A program made the translations under genes and the position numbers. Positions 38,548 through 50,440 of a stretch of DNA of 64,000 nt are shown piece by piece; within the stretch, counting starts at the first letter, position 1; the number at the start of each line of letters is the position of its first letter. The DNA lies in the NCBI RefSeq assembly GCF_018350175.1, contig NC_058382.1:59646001-59710000 (forward strand), given 5' to 3'. The notes under the pieces were generated by a model that saw nothing but the letters and a program-made list of their open reading frames with translations, was not told the origin of the DNA and ran no database searches. The stretch comes from Felis catus (Eukaryota).

Positions 38548-40590
38548 CAAGCCGGCTCTTTAGTGAGTAATGAAAAGCAGTGGAAAGAGCAAATATGTGG
38601 GCAAACATAAAATAGTATTTTCTTCTTAATTTTTAAAAATACATCGTATTAAAGCAAAAAGTGGTCTCACGCTGCGGGGCTTACAGCTAGTGCAGAGGTA
38701 ATACACAGGACAACCACAGCACGAAGGGCGGAGAAGGTAACTGGCTGCCATACGAGAGCGCGACCCCGACATCCGGGCAAGCGGGCGGCACCCACTCCAG
38801 TGCAGCACCCTGCCCAGGGTGTTCCCTGGACCCACCACAAGATAATGCCACAAGGCTCGCCGGGGGCTCAAATGGAACTCTACGGTCCCGCTCTGACGAA
38901 GGTTTAGCACAGGCGACACCAACCAGGACCGGGAGAAACAGATTTAAAGGTGGGAGGCGGGGAGGAGGAGGGGGAGGCTGGGGGTTGCCGAAGGGGACAA
39001 GTGACCACAAGAGGCGGTGACGGGAACTTCTATACCTCGACAGATCTGCGCTACAGAGCTTCCCACATTTACCGAAACCCTGACAGGGTGCCTTCCGCGC
39101 CTTTCTCCAGATGAAGTTCTCCCGTGAGCAGGTGGACGCAGGGCCCTGCGTGCACAGCGGTGAACTGGTGGCACCACCAAGGCCCCGGAGAGCCGCGGCC
39201 GACACCCGCAGGGGCCGGGACAGCCCCCCCTCCCCCCCGCCAACACCACACAATCTTCCGCTTTTCCCCCTGACTTTTAATAATAAAGTAAAGCCGTCTT
39301 AAGATATAATTTTGGCTTCACATAATAAAAATAGCCCCTTATGTCCTCTTTGGCAAATTACTTACACTTAACCTGTTTGCGTCTGTTTTGTCACCGCTGA
39401 AACGGGGACAGTGGCGGAGCAGTCACGAGGGCTAAGTGAATAGGTTCGGGGCGCTTGGAGCAGTGCCCGCACACGGCAAGTGGCATTCCCTCCCACCACC
39501 TGCTCCGTCCGCCGTCTCTGTATTGAGAATTCAGCAAGAAGGTCATTTGACTGGTAAACCAGCCTCCTCGCCACCAACACGAACGCGTACCAGGTCACGG
39601 GCCTCACGCCTTCGTGAGCTCGAACAACCGCCCCCACGGGTGCCCTCCGGCGAGCAAAGGTGCCCTGCAGGGACGAGCCCGCCGGGGGGGGGGGGGGGCT
39701 GCGGGGCCAAGAGACCCCAGACCACACCCCGGATCTCACACCGCACGGCAGGGCGCGCGACTCCAGCCCGGTGCCTATGACGGGGCTCGTGGACTCTGTT
39801 AGCGCGGCACAGCCGGGCTGTCAACAGTGCCCCCAAGACTCCACATCCTGTTGAAATGCCCAAAAGACATGGGAGAAGGGATCCCCTTCCCCGTAAATTA
39901 ATTCTCCTCCTTTTATAAAGTTATTTTTTTTCTCGTCTAGACTAAGTTTCCAGAAGTTCCCACATATACATGCTTTAATTAGATTCACTGTGAATCAGTA
40001 TGAAACCTGAGGATACATTTCTTTCCAGTAATTCTACTGAAGCTTTTATATAAAAGTCCCAAATAATTAAGACAACGACTCTATAACGTTCCCTCCTAAT
40101 GAATCTGATGTCAATGTTTAAAGTATAGAAAATGCAAACGAAACTTTAATTGGCAAGACGAATGGTTATTAGTTTATCGCCATTCTACACCAAACAAAAA
40201 CAGCGGGGCTCTCCGCGATTTACACTTTTGTAAACAGCAGCCTTGCAAAGCTCCCACCACCACTCTGACACGAGACTCACAGGGGGCAGGTCTACACAGC
40301 ACCAACAAGCGCTCAGCAGACTGGTCCGTACACCTGGCTCTGTCCTGGGGTAGTATCACCCAAACTACTATGTGCAGAGAGGTGCTCCCATTGGAAGCAT
40401 TCGCGTGCCAGCTTTTGAAGAATAAAGTAGAACGCTGACGTTAAAATCCACTAGAAACCTACAGCTACGTGATGTATGACAGAAACAACCAATGAACAAA
40501 AGCAACCAAGGAAGAGTACGATTTGGTAACAGCTGTCACTGACAGGACCACAGAAAAGCCCTAAGGAAAAAACGTTTCCACTAGGGTGGC

Positions 40591-41000
40591 TTTTTTTTTT
40601 TTTTTTAATGTTTATTTATTTTTGAGAGAGAGAGATCAAGAAGCACAAGTGGGAGAGGAGCAGAGGGGGGGAGAGAGGGCGGGGGAGGGGAATTCAAAGC
40701 ACGCTCCATCCAGGCTACGAGCTGTCAGCACAGAGCCTGAAGCGGGGCTCAAACCCACGAACCGCGAGATCATGACCTGAGCTGAAGTCAGACGCTTGAC
40801 TGACTGCGCCAGGCACCCCATCTTTTTTGGTTTAATGTTTATTTTTGAAAGGGGAGAGCACAGAGAGAGGGAGACAGAGAATCCAAAGCAGGCTTTGCGC
40901 TGTCGGTACAGAACCTGATGTGTGGCTCGAACCCACGAACCACAAGATCATGACCTGAGCTGAAGTCAGACGCTTAACCGACTGAGCCACCCAGCGGCCC
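40591..41000 (-). mobile_element. Two tandem/nested Can-SINEs
   Basis: Two reverse heads ending near 40819 and 41000; flanking repeat CTAGGGTG(A)GCTTT. Confidence 0.88.
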
Positions 41001-41476
41001 CTAGGGTGAGCTTTCATCAACATCCAACACCTCCCTCCCACTCAGATTTCACAGATGCTCAGGACACAGCCCCTGTGGGGTGGCAGGGACCACAAGGTTC
41101 TGGACTGAAAGAGACGGTCTCTGCCCTCCAATAAGTCAAAGTCTGGTGATGGAAATTTAAAGAAACACACTTTAATATAGTAAAAGATACAGGACAGAAG
41201 GAAGCCATAGAAGGCTTGTAAGTGTAAGCCAAGAACTGGGGGCTGGGGAGTCCCAGGTACCAGGTGTCCTGTCTGAGAGGTCAGTACCTACGAAGGTTCA
41301 GGGGAAAGAGGGATTGCAGTAAACATAAGGAACCTCGAGTGTAGACAGAGGTGAGTACAGACAGGCAGTAGGCAGATCACAAACGCTGACGCACGCCATG
41401 CTAAGACCTGCACGCCAGAGAAGAACAATCCTATCGGCATCTCACCATGGCACCTGTTGTTAGAGGCTAAGAGTGG

Positions 41477-41625
41477 GGTCAGGGGGACAGGTTGTCACAG
41501 TAGACGAGACCCAGTCAGTGGGATGGGTTGTCACAGCAGAGTAGACCCTGGTCATGAAGACGGGCTGTCACAATAGACTAGACCCAGGTCACGGAGACGG
41601 GCTGCCATAGATTAGACCCCGGCCA
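41477..41625 (+). repeat. Diverged minisatellite, about 36-37 bp unit, about 4 copies
   Basis: Units resembling GTCAnGGAGACGGGYTGTCACARTAGACTAGACCCnG. Confidence 0.85.
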
Positions 41626-42479
41626 AGGTGAGAAGTTAGACATGTCACTGTGATTTCTAGGAAAAGTTAAGGTACCAAAGTTTCAGGATAATTAAAAGAC
41701 ACAGCTACGAGTTATTTCTTGCAGACTTTAAACAGTGACATCAGCTTAATTCTAAAGGGAGATAATCACTCACTTGCGTGCCAGCATGCCATCTTGACTC
41801 AGGGGAAGGAGTGGAGCTACACGAGGCTAGGGGTTGTGCTTGATCCCTGAAGACTATTTTAATCTCTGCCCGGGCTCCCTGGCAAATGGCCCCAAATCTA
41901 AGTGCGCCTGCACAGAAGCGTGCCATAGATGGGACCATCGTGTCAAGTGTGGCGGGAAGAAGGAGAGGGAGAGGGACAGACAGGCAGGGCAAACACTGAC
42001 TTGGACTGCAGTGTCAACAGAGCGGAAACCCACGAGGATGCTGAGGACTTGGTCACTGACTGGAGGGAGACCAGAGAAGGCCAACGACAGGAGAGGCATG
42101 GACTTCTGGCTGGGGGTATCGGGGCCGGGGTGAGGCAGTCAAGGACAGTTAGAGGGAGCTTACCTTTGGGCATACTGAGCTAACTGGGACCTCCAGCTGG
42201 AGCTCAGATCTAGCTGGGCATGCAGATTTTGAATTCATCAGTGAGAATACCATCATCAAAAGGGCAGGAAAGCCGAGAGACCGAAAACACTGAGAGAAGC
42301 AGGAAGAAGGGAGTGCTCTGCGAGAATGAATGGAGGCGGAGATTCTCAGCAGGATGCTCAGCCAGCCCAGGAGCCTTTAAGCCAGCATCCAAGGGAAGCA
42401 CCTCCACAACCATATTTGCCTTAAAAAAAAAAAAAAAAAGGAAGCACCCTCCCCTGGAAGACAAGAAAGATAAGGACTG

Positions 42480-44030
42480 AAAAGCATGCAGCGAATCCTT
42501 CAAATAAGAGGCCATCCAGATAAAGACATCAATGAAACTGAATACACAGAGTTTAGAAGTCACCCCACATATATATGGGGAGGACAGCATGATGGCATCA
42601 TTCAACAAATGGCACTGGGGCAACTGGGTTTTCATCTGGAAAATATAAAACTAGCTCCATACCTTACCCCAAATAAATTCCAGATGGCTCTGTTAAATGT
42701 AAGAGGAGAAACCACGCGAGTTCTGTACCAGAAGGCACCACAGGGAAGGTACACGGCATCACAGGCGCACGGCCGTAATCCATCGCGGGCGTGATGATGT
42801 GTACAATGCAGAAAGTATAAAGCATTTCTACTGATGACACAAAGCCCAGTCGCCACACAAGATTAATAAAAAGAGCGCTAAAAAGAAACTGCATGGCAAA
42901 GTCAACAGGCAAGAAGAAAACCCCAGGAAAACAAAAACTTGCCACTTCTACTAAAGACAAAAGGACAACTTCCTTGAAACTTAAAGAGCTCTTGACAATA
43001 AAGATCAACAACTCGGCAGAAAAGGGCAAAGGATATGGAAAGCTTGCCAAAAATAAAATGCTCATTTTTTTAAAAGTTTATTTATTTTAAGAGAGACAAA
43101 GAGTGAGCGGAGGAGGAGTGGGGGCAGGGGTGGGGGAGAGACAGGCTCTGAGCTGTCCCTGCAGAGCCTGAAGCCTGCTTCAGAGTCTGTCTCCCTCTCT
43201 CTCTGCCCCTCCCCTGCTCACACTCTGCCCAGCTCTGTCTCTCTCAAAAATAAACATTAAAAAAAAAGATGTTTTTTAATGTTCAACCTCACCCACGAGG
43301 GGGCTCACCCATGAGAACAAACCCACCCCACCCTCAGAGATGCTGCCCCCCAGCCACGACCCCCACCCCCTCTGCCGCTGGGAGGTGTGCAAACAGACGC
43401 TCACACATGCCACCCCGGGTTCCAGAAGACGGACTGGGGCAGTTGCCTGCACTCTCACAGAGGCACACACCCCGTGGCCTACCAGCAGTCCCATTTCCAG
43501 GTTTCTAGTCCCCGGGTACACACGCATCCAAACACGAAAGGCCGCGCACGTGTCATGTGTAATATGTAAATGACTGGATTGTTTATAATAGTGGCATGGG
43601 AACCAAATGCCCTCCCTGGGGACCCACGAAACCAGAACGAAGACGCTCCATGGCCTGATGGGGACTGCATGTCCAGAACAGCTGCCAGGGGGAAGAAAGC
43701 AAGGCACAGACCTGTGTGCGGAACAAGGCACCAGTTACCTACTTGTAAATACACGGCAAGTTCCTCTGGAAGTTTCTACAAGGAACAAAGAGACAGAACT
43801 GGATACTAGGAAAAAGGTAAGAAATCTCGTTTTTTTTACGTGCGAAATAACAAGTATCAATATGCAGGTAAAGGAGAGAACACGGCCCACACCTCGAAAT
43901 GTCCTGTGTGTCCTTCTCCCATGTGTGGAGGAGGAGGGAGATGTTTCACTTTTGTCTTTTCAGTTTGCACCTCTGGTTTTGTGTTCTATTTAAAATTTTT
44001 TAACAGTTTATGGAGTTCCCTTTAATAAAC
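42480..44030 (+). mobile_element. Old L1M ORF2/3'-end fragments
   Basis: Motifs cattcaacaaatggcactggggcaactgg, ccataccttaccccaaataaattccagatgg and cagcagtcccatttccagg. Confidence 0.6.
43065..43267. mobile_element. Fold-back chimera of two Can-SINE 3' halves (minus then plus), with no tRNA heads
   Basis: T-tail and reverse body up to caggctctgagctgtc, then forward body from cagagcctgaagcctgcttcaga to the A-tail. Confidence 0.8.
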
Positions 44031-46799
44031 ATAGATTTCGCCAAAAAGGATGGAGGCAAAAGCCAGGTTCCAGGAGGCCGAGGTGGCAGCGGAAGGTGAG
44101 CTGGCTCCAGTCTGTATCGTCTGGGGGGCCGGGCAAGGTGCAGCACCTGTGGGAAGATCCTGTCTGTAGATGTGTGCATAGAACGTTTTAGAAAATGTGC
44201 ATGTGCTTACAAGCGTGTTAAAACGTCACAAGGATACACAGCAAGTTGTTAAAAACGGACACTCCCGGCAAGTAGGAACGCGGTTGGCTGGGGGAGGACT
44301 TGCTAACGAAGGGACAGACAGTGGACAACGTGGAAGGAAGGGGTTCTGCTGTTTCCAAGACAGGTAAGAGGCCCATGACAACACTGATGTGCCCAGTGGA
44401 GAAACAGAGGAGGTCAAAGACCGAGGCGGGGGACTTGGGGGGGAAGTGGGAAGGGCAGGAAAGGACAAAGTTCAGACACCTGAGCTAACGCCCTCCCGGA
44501 GGAAACAGAAAGATGTGACCACAACAGAGACTGAGGGACGAGCCCGTGAGAGGGCCTGTGACGGAGAGAGGCGCTCTGCCTCAGGACCTCAAGGAAAAGT
44601 AAGGAACGGTAAGGACGCACACAAGACATTTTGGGGGCTCGTGATTTTTCTACGCACCCGAGAAACACCCACCTGAAATCCCAAACACGCTTACAGGCGA
44701 GATGCTTAGTCCAAAGGGTCTCTGACACCCGAGTGCCCACCCCCACCCCCAGTTTCGAGTCAGGGCCACAGGCCTGTGCTTCTCCTGGGGGCCGCACTGG
44801 CAGGCCGAGGCCCACCCCGTACGGCCCGATCACAGCTCGGAGTGGCTGCCGGAGCATCAATCATAGGAAAGGTATTCGGTCCGCCTTTGTCTTCACTCTA
44901 GACCACCTCAGGCCTTGTAACTCAGAACAAAACAAACTGCTTAAGAATTAGCCTATTTTATACCATCCATTCAAGAGAGTGACTGAATCAACTCCAGCCG
45001 TAACAAAAAAGAAGAACTAACCTATTTTATTAAGCTCTTGATTACGCTCTTTCACTGTGACAGGAAGTAGCTCTGCGACACAACGGGTCTCTCCACACAC
45101 AAGACCTCGTGGGGACTGGGGGGGAGTCGCCCTTGCCGTCTGCACTGCCTGCAGCAGGTTGGCGTCGGGAATCAGAAACCCTCGACCTGTAAACTTGTCA
45201 GGCGGCTCGTAAACTAATGAGAGAACTGGTGTCCTGAAAGGTGGTTTCTCAAAAAAAGAGAAACGTCCTGTAATCCATCCAAGGCAGAAAAACAATACTC
45301 AAATAAACTATTTTCCCGAGACATCATAGAAATTTTGAGTCACAGTCTCTGGGAGGTCGGCAGCCACCAATTTAACAAACAAACAAAAACGTACCTTCTA
45401 CTAGCTTGCCTTTAAAAATGTAAGACTCATACAACCTGGTTGGTAGGAAAAAAACAGATTAATCCAAAACGTCCTCAGTCCAAAAGGAGGGGGGATGAAA
45501 TACGCAGGACTGAAGAGAACATCAGAAATGGGTAAAATGAGGCCCAAGTAACTAGCGAACTTCCAAAACCGCAGAAATAAGGCAGATGTTGACGAGTGCC
45601 TGTAACCGTGCTGTAGCGCATGTAAGTACCTCCACATTACTCATTACAAACGCAAATCAAACTCCACACCAACTACAGCAGCAGCGCTGAGGTTTGTGGA
45701 GCTGGACGCAGGGAACATGAACTTGTGCACATGACAGTTGACAGTCAACAGCCCCAACGTGGGGCGGGGGCGGTCGAAGGACCGAGGTTCGGGTCACCCT
45801 ACCGCACAACGGCGGGACCACGGCAGCTCCAAGCAGATGCGGTCGGATGCGCGTTTTCAATGAGTAACTACACCACCGCCACAAAGTAAAACTGCCTCCC
45901 GGGATGTCTCAATGACCGTCGCGTGTGCTCACTGGAAAAAGAAGGCAGTCCTCGGGCCTCTGAGAGCTGGCCAAACAGGAAGTAACAGACGAAGCGGTGC
46001 AGGCGGCCAGACTGAGCTCAGATGCGGGGCTCAGACCCCCATCAGCGCCCGGAGCCAAGTGCAGAACTGGAGCCACCACTGTGCCTTCAGGTCATGGCTC
46101 CTCCTTAACATCAGGGATAAGAGCAGCTGCTCTGGACAGACTCACTCCCTTCCCGTGGAATGCCAGATCCTCTACAGCGGGCAGAGCGTCAGGTTAGAGA
46201 GACCGGAGGCGGCCACTCACACCTCACCAGGTAACCAGGGCACCAACTACCAATGCTCCACCTCCGAACTACAACGATTTTCAGCAGCTTAGGGAAGCGA
46301 TGAAACACAGCCAGCTGGTGCCTGCCTGAGGCGAGACGTTATGAGCAGTATTTGCGTGCAGCCAGTGTCCACCGTGCCTTCCCTAGCGCTCTTGGGTGCA
46401 AACCCCAGGACACACGCCCGAAGGAAGACCACCACCGCACTCCCGCACCGAGCACGCCGACAAGGCTTGGCACCCGCTGGAAATCTCAACGTCACGCAAG
46501 TCGTCCAGCTGTGATCTTCGCCAGGAGGATTCCGAAACACCAGGGCGGGGAGGCAGCTTTCCCCCGCCCGGTCCGGCTAGAGGGGAGGCTTCCGCCGGCT
46601 CTGGACCACCACACTGGCCCGACAGCACCGGGCCCGGGGCTCGGGGCAGCGTGTTCTCAGCGACCTTCAACAGCAGCTCCCAAGAGGGGTGCCATGCAAG
46701 GTGCCTAAGCACCCACCGGGGGGGCTCGGATGGAGACAGTGAGGTCCCTCGGGACGACCACACGTGGACAGTGCTTCAGAGACGACTTGTGAAGCATTA

Positions 46800-47290
46800 G
46801 GTGTAAGGGATTAAAACAAGAGCCTATTAGCCCCGAGGAAACAAAATCTAAGAATGAGCACGTGCAACCATCCAAGTGCCCATCAACCGATGAGCAGATA
46901 AACAAAATGGGTCTATCCACACAACGGATAGTATTCGACCCTGAAAAAGTAGTGAGGCACGGACACATGCTTCAACAGGAATAAACTCTGAGAAGTGGTG
47001 CTAAGTGAAGGAGGCCCACCACAGAAGGCCACACATTGGAGGACTGTGTTCGTACGACATGGCCGGGACAAGCACAGGCCGCCCAAGCAGAGGAGCAGGT
47101 AGGGCGTGGGGGGGGGGGGGGGCAGGGACTGCCGACAAAGGTGCGGGGCTCCTTCGGGAGGTGATGAAACCGTTCTGGAAGCAGAGAGCGGCAATGGGTG
47201 CACGACTGCGTAAGTGTATTAGAAACTATTTTTAAGCGTACACTTCGAAGCAGTGAAATTGTATGATTTTTAAATTAAATCTCAAAAAGC
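46800..47290 (+). mobile_element. L1MB-like 3' end
   Basis: Motifs caaccatccaagtgcccatcaaccgatgagcagataaacaaaatg and gtgatgaaaccgttctggaa. Confidence 0.7.
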
Positions 47291-48101
47291 TGTTACTTGA
47301 AAAAATAAGCATGTACCATAACACATCATCATCTTATGTAAAGGAAAGACTGCGAAGGGTAAAATTAAACTTTTCCCACAACCACGGCTTCACACTTAAA
47401 CAGGAAGGGAGTGTGAGTCCCGCCGAGCCCCAGCACCAGCTCAGGAGGAACCGCAGACCAGCACACCCATGGCACCTGTCGGCCACTGGGCACGCAAAGC
47501 TACCGCAGTCTGCCGCCGGCTCTGCCCTTCCTTCCCGAACGTGAAAATGTCGATTTTACCTCACTCACACTCTTAAGCACCTTCTGCTTGTCCTCCGAGC
47601 AATGAGGACTGTTAAACAACACGGTGACTGTATCAGAAGACATACTTATAAGAACTGCTACTTTACAGAAGGTAAAGAAAAAACCAAACCCACGTCTTTC
47701 TTTCGAAAGGGTTGAGAGCAAAATACAACCACTGACAAAAGAAAGGCAGGTGGAGCCTTACCAGGGCTGCTTTCCCAGGACGACAGAAAATGTTAGATTC
47801 AGAGACCCCAAGAAGGCAAAACGCTCAAATGTTCCATTTCACCACAGAGGCCGACTCCAAGCAGCAAAGGGTGCATCGGGCCTTAACTTTAACAGAAAGT
47901 TAGATGAATGTGCTTGAAATTAGTTTAGCAGTGACACAGGGGAGGTGGGGAAAACGAGGCACCGTGGTTGTTCAGAAATGTGAAAGCAACAGCCCTAAGG
48001 TTACTCACCATAACCTCATTATTGATCAATTTCCCATGGATCAAAGCTCCAAGCAACTACTTAAAAATTAATTTGGAAAACAAGAACTCAAACTCAAACT
48101 T

Positions 48102-48277
48102 GGGGCGCCTGGGTGGCTCAGTGGGTTAAGGGTCTGACTCTTGATTTTGGCTCAGGCCACGATCTCATGGTTCATGAGTTCAAGCCGTGCACTGAGCCCT
48201 GCGCTGACAGTGCAGAGCCTGCTTGGATTCTCTCTCTCGCAAAATAAATAAACATTAAAAACAAAACAAAACAAAAC
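48102..48277 (+). mobile_element. Can-SINE
   Basis: Head ggggcgcctgggtggctcagtgggttaag; (AAAAC)n tail. Confidence 0.9.
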
Positions 48278-49861
48278 CCAAGACAGGAGTATTTCACTCC
48301 ATAACAGTGTGCCTGGCTTAAGTCTGCACTCCCTGCACATGCTGTGGGCACGTCAAGTGGGACCTCATGTAGCCCCCCCCACCGACAAGCCCAGGAGGCA
48401 GGTAAGCTACCTCTACTCCAGCAGGGAAACACCAGGAGGAGGGAGGGTTCTGGCCAAGGTCACACAGCTGGCCAGCTGGCCGTGTGTGGGCAGGGGTGGG
48501 GGCGGACTAGCCCTTCATGTCATCAGAGGAGTTTCTCACCAGACAGAAAGGCTCTCTTCGAGAGCGTATTTTCATTCCAGGGCTAGCGCCTGCCCCACCA
48601 AAATCATCATCGCCATCTTCCGCTTCTGACAAGTGATGAGTCTGCACACACAAAAGAATCCCCTTCAAGAGCTGATTATGCCTGGACAAACAGCCCCAGA
48701 CGCTGGTGCACCGCACCCAAAGAGAAGGCAACAGCATGTGGAACTGACCACAAGGGACTGAAATCCCACAAACAGGTGACATGCCACTGGCACCCCAAGA
48801 GCCTACCGAGCCCCCTACGGACGACCACAGCGCTTTCCCTTTGTTGTAGCTGAAACACCGTTTTCCTGCCCAGTGCACATCATGCGATTCAGAGTCACTT
48901 GAACACACATTTAGGAAAAAAACCACAGTCTCAGATCAACGCCACCCAAAACAGATAAGACTTAGATTAAAGCCAACAGAGGCACCACAACCACATCTTA
49001 GAGAAAAACACGGAAGAAAAATAAGCCACAATCCGGGGTTGAGAGACAGCTGAACACCACCACCAGCAGAGCAGAGAGCACAGCAGTGTTAGGTGAAAAC
49101 AGCTCAGACCCCGTGCAGAAGGCACCGGGCAGCACTCGAGCCGACAGCAACCTCTCCAGGGAGAGTCCCAGGGTGATATCCACACACGCCACCCTGGGTC
49201 ACAGAGACACCCTTCCTCTCTCTGCACGGCTTTGGCACTGGGTCCCAGGGGGCTGGGAAAAAGGAGCTGGAGCCCCGAAGGCTTGGTGTTTACATAGTTT
49301 TGAAACATGTAGAGGAAAGTTCACGTTTCTGAGGGAATGACCACGATGCCCTTCCTGCTTAGCTTAGAGACGGAGACGTTAACCTCACATTCCTTAGGAG
49401 ACCAACACCCCGGGGACTCGGGCAGATCTGCCCCGACAAAGGCAGGAGGACCTCCAGGAAACGGCCGTCTCGCAGGCGTCCAAGGCCCCGCGGGACAGCC
49501 ACCACCCCACCGGGGAAAGGACACCTAGGCCGCGGGGACTCCCCGCAGCGCGCCCATCTCCCCCTCGACTGCAGCTTCCTTTCCTGCTAATAAACACCAG
49601 ATTTTGGAGAAACCAAGGCGACACAAGGTATAACTCCTGTCGCCCAAGGGGACGATGAAGGGGACAAAAGCGTTCTCCCGTGTCCAGCCGCAGACGTGAG
49701 AGAAAGGCACAAAGGGGCCGCGAACTCTGACCGCACACGCCGGCCCGCAGCCCAGGGGGCTCCCCGGCGACCTCTGCGCGCCAGGCGGGTGCGACCGCCC
49801 ACGAGGGGCCCTGGGGGAGGGGGGTAGTGGGGGGGGGGGGGGAGAGGCTAAGGGCGCGCAC

Positions 49862-50440
49862 CTTGTGGCAGGCCGGGCAGGTGGGCAGCGCGCTCTTGCC
49901 GCCGTGGCCCCCGCCGCCGCCGCCGCCGCCGCCACCGCCGCCGCTGCTCAGGCTGCTCTGGATCTGCGTGAGCTCCTGGCGCAGCACCTGCTTCTGGTGG
50001 AAGCTGAAGGCCGGGTGGTTGGAGGCCATGGTGAAGAGCAGCAGGAACTCATCGCCCGTGCGGCCCTCGTTGAGCTGCAGCCCGTAGTTGTGGATGATGG
50101 AGTCGATGTGCGTGAGCGTGCGGTACAGCACGCCCGCCGCCTCGCGCTGCTCCGAGCCCAGCAGCGCCAGCGACACCAGGAGCTTGCTGCGCACCACCTC
50201 GTCCGTCAGGTTGGTGAGGCTGCCCAGGTCGGCCGGGTTGTTGGCCTTGATCTCCGAGTCGCGCAGCGAGTGGTAGTCCTTGCGGGCCAGGTCCTCGAGG
50301 CACGAGCCGAGGAAGCGCAGCTCGAGCGGGATGCACAGGTCCAGCAGGCCGCACAGGAACTCCACGCGCTGCGGCGACGGCAGCTCCGAGAACCAGCGGT
50401 ACACGCCGTCCCTCTGCAGCGGGCAGCGCTTCTCCACCAT
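49862..50440 (-). CDS. ZCCHC14: ZCCHC14 coding exon 1 (193 codons, MVEKRCPLQRDGVYRWFSEL...ALPTCPACHK)
   Basis: Translation matches the ZCCHC14 N-terminus as I recall it. ATG context AGC-ATG-G; donor AAG|GTGCGC at 49861; 579 nt, phase 0. Confidence 0.97.

Larger units (their letters stand above)
36800..38720 (+). mobile_element. Old L1 fragments (ORF1-like region plus an L1M 3'-end piece at about 37110-37550), interrupted by SINEs
   Basis: Motifs acaatggaatattactcagcgataaaa, gacattctgaaaaaggcaaagct and ccaaatttagtaaaagacatgaattt. Confidence 0.6.

Noticed and set aside
41477..41625. Possible CRISPR-like array
   Set aside because: Contiguous diverged tandem units with no unique spacers, in mammalian intronic DNA with no cas genes.
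49394..49861. C-terminal 155 aa of ORF 49394..50440 as coding
   Set aside because: Lies past the exon 1 donor (AAG|GTGCGC); recognisable ZCCHC14 sequence resumes at exon 2. This is intronic read-through.
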